DNA from: the human T2T-CHM13v2.0 reference genome, Homo sapiens
Assembly: GCA_009914755.4 (NCBI GenBank)
Contig: CP068257.2
Coordinates: forward strand, 29,408,001 to 29,472,000
Direction: 5' to 3'
Length of the DNA stretch: 64,000 bases
Under the pieces are notes generated by a model that did no database searches, had not been told where the DNA came from, and saw only the letters and a program-made list of their open reading frames with translations. Both the position numbers and the translations under genes were made by a program. Of the stretch, positions 58,431 to 64,000 are shown in pieces. Position 1 is the first letter of the stretch. Each line of letters opens with the position of its first letter.

Positions 58431-59632
58431 CATTCTGGTTCTAAATAAAATGCGGCACTTTGCTGATCCACCGCGAGAGGGCACCAGAGAAACGTCCTCG
58501 CACAGGACCGCGCTGAAAGTGCCCCGAACCAGCCAGGCACGGTACCAGGCGGGATGCTGTGAGGGAGGTGGAAATAAGGTGGAACGCCATCCTTCCGCAT
58601 CCTTCCGCATCCTTCCTACTCGGGCAAACCCTTAGATCTGGGAAAAACGTTCGATAAGCAGCAACCGCAGCCAACATTCTATTTATCCCCTTTATTTCTT
58701 TATCAAGACAAAAATCATTCTCCGGCTCTTCACTGCCAGAACCTGTTCGTTAAATGCACGAATTTTCAAGGTAAATTAGATCCAACTGGCACATTACAAT
58801 CACCTGGATGCTCTTAAATACACCGATGCTCCGCTCCCAACCCAGAGCAGCGTGAGGGGCCACAGCCCTCCCTTTAGCTAAAAGATGAACTTGGGACAGA
58901 TTCCTGCTTGGGACGGGTTCCTGCTCATCTCCCACTCCTGGACCCCGGAAACTCACAGCCTGGTTGCTAAGTCAGATTTAACTCCTTTGTGGACATTGCC
59001 AAAAAAGCTTGAGACGATCCTACAGGTCTCCAGCAGGGAGCACGGGGGTACACGTCATACCCTCAAAGCTGGGTCGGCAAAAAGCCCTTGATGCGTGGCG
59101 AGCTTGCTCTGTTATCCTTACTACGAGAAGCAGAGTGGCATCTTGCTCCTTGGATTTCTAGCATACAGTCCTGTTATGATAGCTAATCGATAAACTGTCT
59201 GGCTTGGAAATGCACGGTCTTCCAGTCTTTCCCTCTGTGTGCGGTCTAATCCCGGTCATGAACACGAAACACAAAAGTTGCTGTTTGTGGTGTGAGCCAC
59301 ACCTTCCTCCCTCACCTCTAAGATGGTGAGAAAAGATAAGCTTATCCGCCCAATTCATCTGACAGGGTTTGGGAGGACCAGATACATGTATAGGTACATG
59401 TTCTGAAGTGTATAATACAAATGCAATCTCCAGGTGGAATTATTTTAAAGGTGTGATTAATTTTACTGTTGATAATATAATTATACAAGGGTGTCATTGT
59501 TTTCAAGGTAACGTTCACATCACAGTGTTTTATTTACAATAGCTAAAATGTAAATGATCTAAATATCCAACATTATCAAATATCAAGTTGAGACCCTCCC
59601 TTTGTTAGCAAGTATTTGAGGACCTATAGCGT

Positions 59633-60352
59633 GTTAGTCTGTTTTTGCATTGCTATAAAGGAATATCTTGGCCAGGCTCAGTGGCCCACACCTGTAATCC
59701 CAGCATTTTGGGAGGCCAAGGTGGGCGGATCACGAGATCAGGAGTTCAAGACCAGCCTGGCCAATATGGTGAAACCCTGTCTCTACTAAAAATACAAAAA
59801 TTAGCTGGGCATGTGGCGCATACCTATAGTCCTAGCTACTTGGCAGGCTGAGGCAGAAGAATCGCTTGAACCCAGAAGGCAGAGGTTGCAGTGAGCCGAG
59901 ATCATGCTACTGCACTCCAGCCTGGGTGACAGAGTGAGACTCTGTCTCAAAAAACAAAAACAAAAAAGAAAAAGAAAAGGAATACTTAAGGCTGGTAATT
60001 TATAATAAAAGAGGTTTAATTGGCTCATGGTTCTGCAGGTTGTACAAGCATGGCTCCAGCGTCTGCCTCTGGTGAGGCCTCAGGAAGCTTCTAATCATGG
60101 CAGATGGCGAAGGGAGAGAAGGTGATGTCACATGGCAAGATCCAGGGTTGCCGGGAGGTTCCAGACTTTTATACAACCAGGTCTCACGTGAACTCACCGA
60201 GCAAGAACTCACTTATCACCTGGGGATGGTGCGAAGCCATTCACGAGAGACCTGCCCCCGTGATCAAATCACCCCCACCAGGCCTCACCTCCAGTACTGA
60301 GAATCACATTTCAACATGAGATTTGGAGGGGGCACACGTCCAAACTCTATCA
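59633..60352 (-). mobile_element. MaLR (MST/THE1-related) solo LTR, interrupted by an AluY
   Basis: gtgttagtctgtttttgcattgctataaaggaatatc [Alu] ggaatacttaaggctggtaatttataataaaagaggtttaattggctcatggttctgcaggttgtacaagcatggctccagcgtctgcctctggtgaggcctcaggaagcttctaatcatggcagatggcgaagggagagaag...atcacatttcaacatgagatttggagggggcacacgtccaaactctatca. Confidence 0.75.
59670..59978 (+). mobile_element. AluY-like SINE with TSD aaaggaata(t/c)
   Basis: ggccaggctcagtggcccacacctgtaatcccagcattttgggaggccaaggtgggcggatcacgagatcaggagttcaagaccagcctggccaatatggtgaaaccctgtctctac...gagactctgtctc aaaaaacaaaaacaaaaaagaaaaagaaaagg. Confidence 0.9.
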
Positions 60353-60701
60353 TTTGGTGTGTCATCCCAAAGGGAATCTTTGTAACCATTAAAAAGTATG
60401 TTATAGGAAGATGCTTAATGATAAGGGGAACTACTCATGATGGATAATAAATGAAGGCAGATAGTACAATAAGGTACAATATGATTCTATTTAAATATGC
60501 ATTTATATATGTGTATAAGTTAGACACGTGTATACATATGAAAATATAGGAGCAATACCCAAATGTTAGCAATGGTTATGTAGAGGCAAACCGGATCTGC
60601 CATATATGGGTGGCTTCTTGTGTCATTTACAGACAGAAGAACAGCTAATATGACAACTAAGTGGGTTTCCCTCCATTTAAATTTATTACTAATTAAATTG
60701 T

Positions 60702-61033
60702 GACCAGGTACAATGGCTCATGCCTGTAATCCCAGTACTTTGGGAGGCCAAGGCAGGAGGACTGCTTGAGGCCAGGAGTTTGAGACCAGCCTGGGCAATA
60801 CAGTGAGATAGTTTCACTACAAAGAATCTTTTTAAAATCAGCCAGGCATGGTGGCATTTTCCTAGCTACCTGGGGTGGTGGGGCAGTGAGGGGAGTGGGG
60901 TTGGGGGGAAGTGGAAGGCTGAGGCAGGAGGATCATTTGAGCCCAGGAGTTTGAGGTTACAGTGAGCTATGATCACTCCACTGCACTCCAGCCTGGGTGA
61001 CAGAGTGAGACTCTCTTTAAAAAAAAAAAAAAA
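60702..61033 (+). mobile_element. Old Alu (AluJ-like) with internal G-rich insertion
   Basis: gaccaggtacaatggctcatgcctgtaatcccagtactttgggaggccaaggcaggaggactgcttgaggccaggagtttgagaccagcctgggcaatacagtgagatag...gaaggctgaggcaggaggatcatttgagcccaggagtttgaggttacagtgagctatgatcactccactgcactccagcctgggtgacagagtgagactctc. Confidence 0.85.
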
Positions 61034-63564
61034 GTGTGTGTCTGTGTATAAATGTGTGTGTATATGTATATATAAGCTATAAAAATTTGAACTTACATTA
61101 ATTTTGGAATTTAAAAAACAAAAGAATAATTCAAGCAAATGTACTTCAAAGAATGAAGGACTTTTCAGTTTTACAGCTCTGAAAATCCTCATGTTGCATC
61201 TTGCTTTTCCATTCCTATTTCAAATACTGAACTCCTTTCTAGCTCAGAAAAACAATTATTTTGCCTGTACCTATCTTAGATTCTCTGGCTGGTTCTCTAG
61301 CCCTGTAACTTAGACTAACAAAAGACAAGTTAACAAAAGAAAATATACAGATGTATTAGATAATGGTTTTATGTGAAACGAGATCCTTCATTAGGAAATA
61401 AAGACCTAAAGAAATAGTTAATTCTAAGTATTTTTTTATATATACTAGGTTTGATGAAGAGTAGTACCTGGGGTTTGGGGTTTATATGGGTACAGGATAG
61501 CGGGAGGTGGCAGGCCAAATGGCGACATCTGGGTGTGAAAACAGGAATGTCCCCATTTAGGGCTGCAGGTTTCCAGGCCTGGGGGTGGGGCCTTTGCCAG
61601 GGAACTGCCCTCTTCTACCCAGTATTTCCCTGTCTCCTGTCTGTGTATCAGCTTGTTCAGAAGCCCATCACCTTCTCAGGAAGTTCTTGGAGGAGGAAGA
61701 TAAAACAGCTCTCAGGGAACAGGAATGCTAATGACAGGTGTATATCAGGGGCAGCTCATACACTTGTATCTGCCAGATTATAAGCACCTTTAAGCAGAAA
61801 TCATGCTTATCCATATTATGCCCCCCACCTCTTATGTATAATAGGTGCTCAATAAATGTTACATGGATACGTTTCTCAAATCACCAAGGTAAATTAGATC
61901 TAAATATTTTCAATCCAATTACAAGACAGAGAAGGAAAAAAGGACTAAGTTTCTTGTTAGTCATCAATATTGACCAATAGTTCACTGTTCTACTGGCACA
62001 TTAAAATCACCTGGAGGAAGCTTTTAAATACAGTGGACTCTGGAACAACATAGAAGTTAGGGACAACCCCCCATGCAGTCAAAAATTCATGTGTAACTCT
62101 TGACTTTCCAAAGACTTAACCATTCATAGCCTATTGTTGACCAAAAGACTTACCAATAACATCAAGTCAATTAACACATATTTTGTATGTTATATGTAGT
62201 ATACACTGTATTCTTACAACAGAATAAGCTGAAGAGAAGAAAATGTTATTAGGAAAATAATAAAGAAAGAAAATATATTTACTATTCATTAAGTGGAAGT
62301 GAATTACCATAAAAGTCTTCATCCTTGTCATCTTCATGTTGAGTAGGCTGAGAAGGAGGAGGAAGAGGAGGGGTTAGTCTTGCTGTCTCAGGGGTGACAG
62401 AGACAGAAGAAGATCCACGAATATGTGGATTCACACAGTTCAAACTTGTGTTGTTCAAGGGTTAAGGTATGATGATGCTCTGATCTCAACCCCAGAGATT
62501 GTGATTTTCTTAGCATGAGGAGGGAGGGTCTTGGCATCAGTATATTTTCAAAGCTACTCAGGCTTGAGCATATACAACTGATGTGTATGATTTCCTAATT
62601 TCACTGTCCCTCAATACCACCAGAAGAAAACATCAGCTACCTGGAAGCCAAATGGAGGCCATGTCATATTCTGAGCATCTGTCTACATGCACATTAAGCT
62701 ATCATGTGCTTCCCTTAGACAAAAGATTGCACCTCTTCTGCAATTGCAGGAAACCCCAAGTGAAAAGGTCCTAATGAGCACAACAGGGAAAGAGCAAGGG
62801 TGGGACCTTCCAGTTACCGAGTCCCTCACTATCTATGCATCACTGCCCGCTCCTTGCTCCTAAAGACCTAGGAGTTCCTCCCACTGCCCCTCCTCTTCAC
62901 CACTGCCACATCCCAAGTGTGGCTATCAGTTATTAGTAGCAGAGACACTGAGTACATATCTATGGAACTTTATTACTCTTCACTTTATTGCTGTCCCAGA
63001 AAATATCTATGGAAACTTATTTACTCTTCACTTTATTACTGTCCCAGGAAACAAGCATAAACAAGTACCTGTGTATACGTGTGTGCAACTGAAATTTCTA
63101 TGAGGAAACAGGAACTAAAAATAATAACGAACACAGGAAGTAAAAATAGTATCATGAAATCTCAATGTTAAGCCCTTGCCTATGTTTGATTTTGACATTT
63201 TCGTAGATTCTGACCTTTCTTGTAGGCATTTCTGAACCCATTTGCAATTATCTGGGGTAATTCCCTCCAGTTCTTATCATGGAGAGCTACCCTTATCTGC
63301 ATCATAAACAGGTGAAATTCTTCAAATTTTACCCAGTTTCCAGGACTAATGAAAACTCTAGCTCCTTTCAGAACTGGGTTCTTAATTGTTGGTCTCCATC
63401 GAAAAGAGAACAGTGAAGAAAGTTCTTCAGAATCTGTTCCCTTACAGTTTCCTGTGTGGCTCTGGATTTATCTCTTGACTTTACAGAGATTGCTCTTCCT
63501 CTTCTCAGAAGTCTCTGTGTCACCAGAAATCCCTCTCCCAGTGTCTCCATTTGGTCACTGTCTT

Positions 63565-63700
63565 AGTCTGTTTTGTGCAGCTATAACAGAATACCCGAGA
63601 CTGGGTAATTTATAATGAGCAGAAGTTGAGTGCCTCATGGTTCTGGAGGCTGGTGAAGAGAGCAAAGATCACAGGGTGGCCATCAAGCAGACCATCTGGA
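63565..63700 (-). mobile_element. Truncated MaLR (MST-type) LTR fragment
   Basis: cttagtctgttttgtgcagctataacagaatacccgagactgggtaatttataatgagcagaagttgagtgcctcatggttctggaggctggtgaagagagcaaagatcacaggg. Confidence 0.6.
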
Positions 63701-64000
63701 GGCAAAATCCCATATCTAAGAAATTCAGAAGTCATTACATTTCTCTATTATCTAAAGCTACATCTGGCACCAGACCTCTTTCCCAAGAATTTGTAAGTAA
63801 CTAGAATTTCTATACATCTCCAGAATGCATGCATGTCGAAACACACTGTGCGACCTTTGCTGACATCAAAGCACCAAAATGTCTACAAATGTAATTATTT
63901 ATAATGACCTGTGTGACTAATATGGTCCAAATTACCCTTAAGCTCCCACTGTAAGGTCCATAAATATCACTAAGGGAAATCCACTGCAGTGCACTCAGTC

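Overview
This window reads as human (catarrhine primate) nuclear genomic DNA made largely of interspersed repeats. It is not a prokaryotic or viral locus. The largest gene-like feature is a 5'-truncated processed pseudogene (retrocopy) of UBE3A (E6-AP ubiquitin ligase) on the minus strand at about 19738-22912. It is intronless, carries frameshifts, has its coding region interrupted by an AluY, and is flanked by a 13-14 bp target-site duplication inside an older L1M element. The rest is a nested repeat landscape: about 30 Alu elements, MaLR LTRs of the THE1/MST type, an older MLT1-like MaLR LTR family, two LTR12 (HERV9) solo LTRs, several L1 fragments (including a stacked L1 block at about 49.2-55.5 kb and a young L1PA 3' end with a clean TSD), MIR fragments and microsatellites. 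No native protein-coding exon, RNA gene, CRISPR array or operon-like structure is supported by the sequence. Most ORFs in the six-frame track are translations of Alu, L1, LTR12 or simple-repeat sequence. I found no evidence for a novel biological system. The observations worth a second look are the UBE3A retrocopy and its insertion chronology, the LTR12 pair (potential cryptic promoters), an expandable (GATA)n STR inside an MST LTR, a CpG-retaining non-repeat block near 58.4-59.3 kb, and two independent AluY insertions with near-identical target-site duplications. All coordinates are hand-derived and approximate to within about 10 bp.
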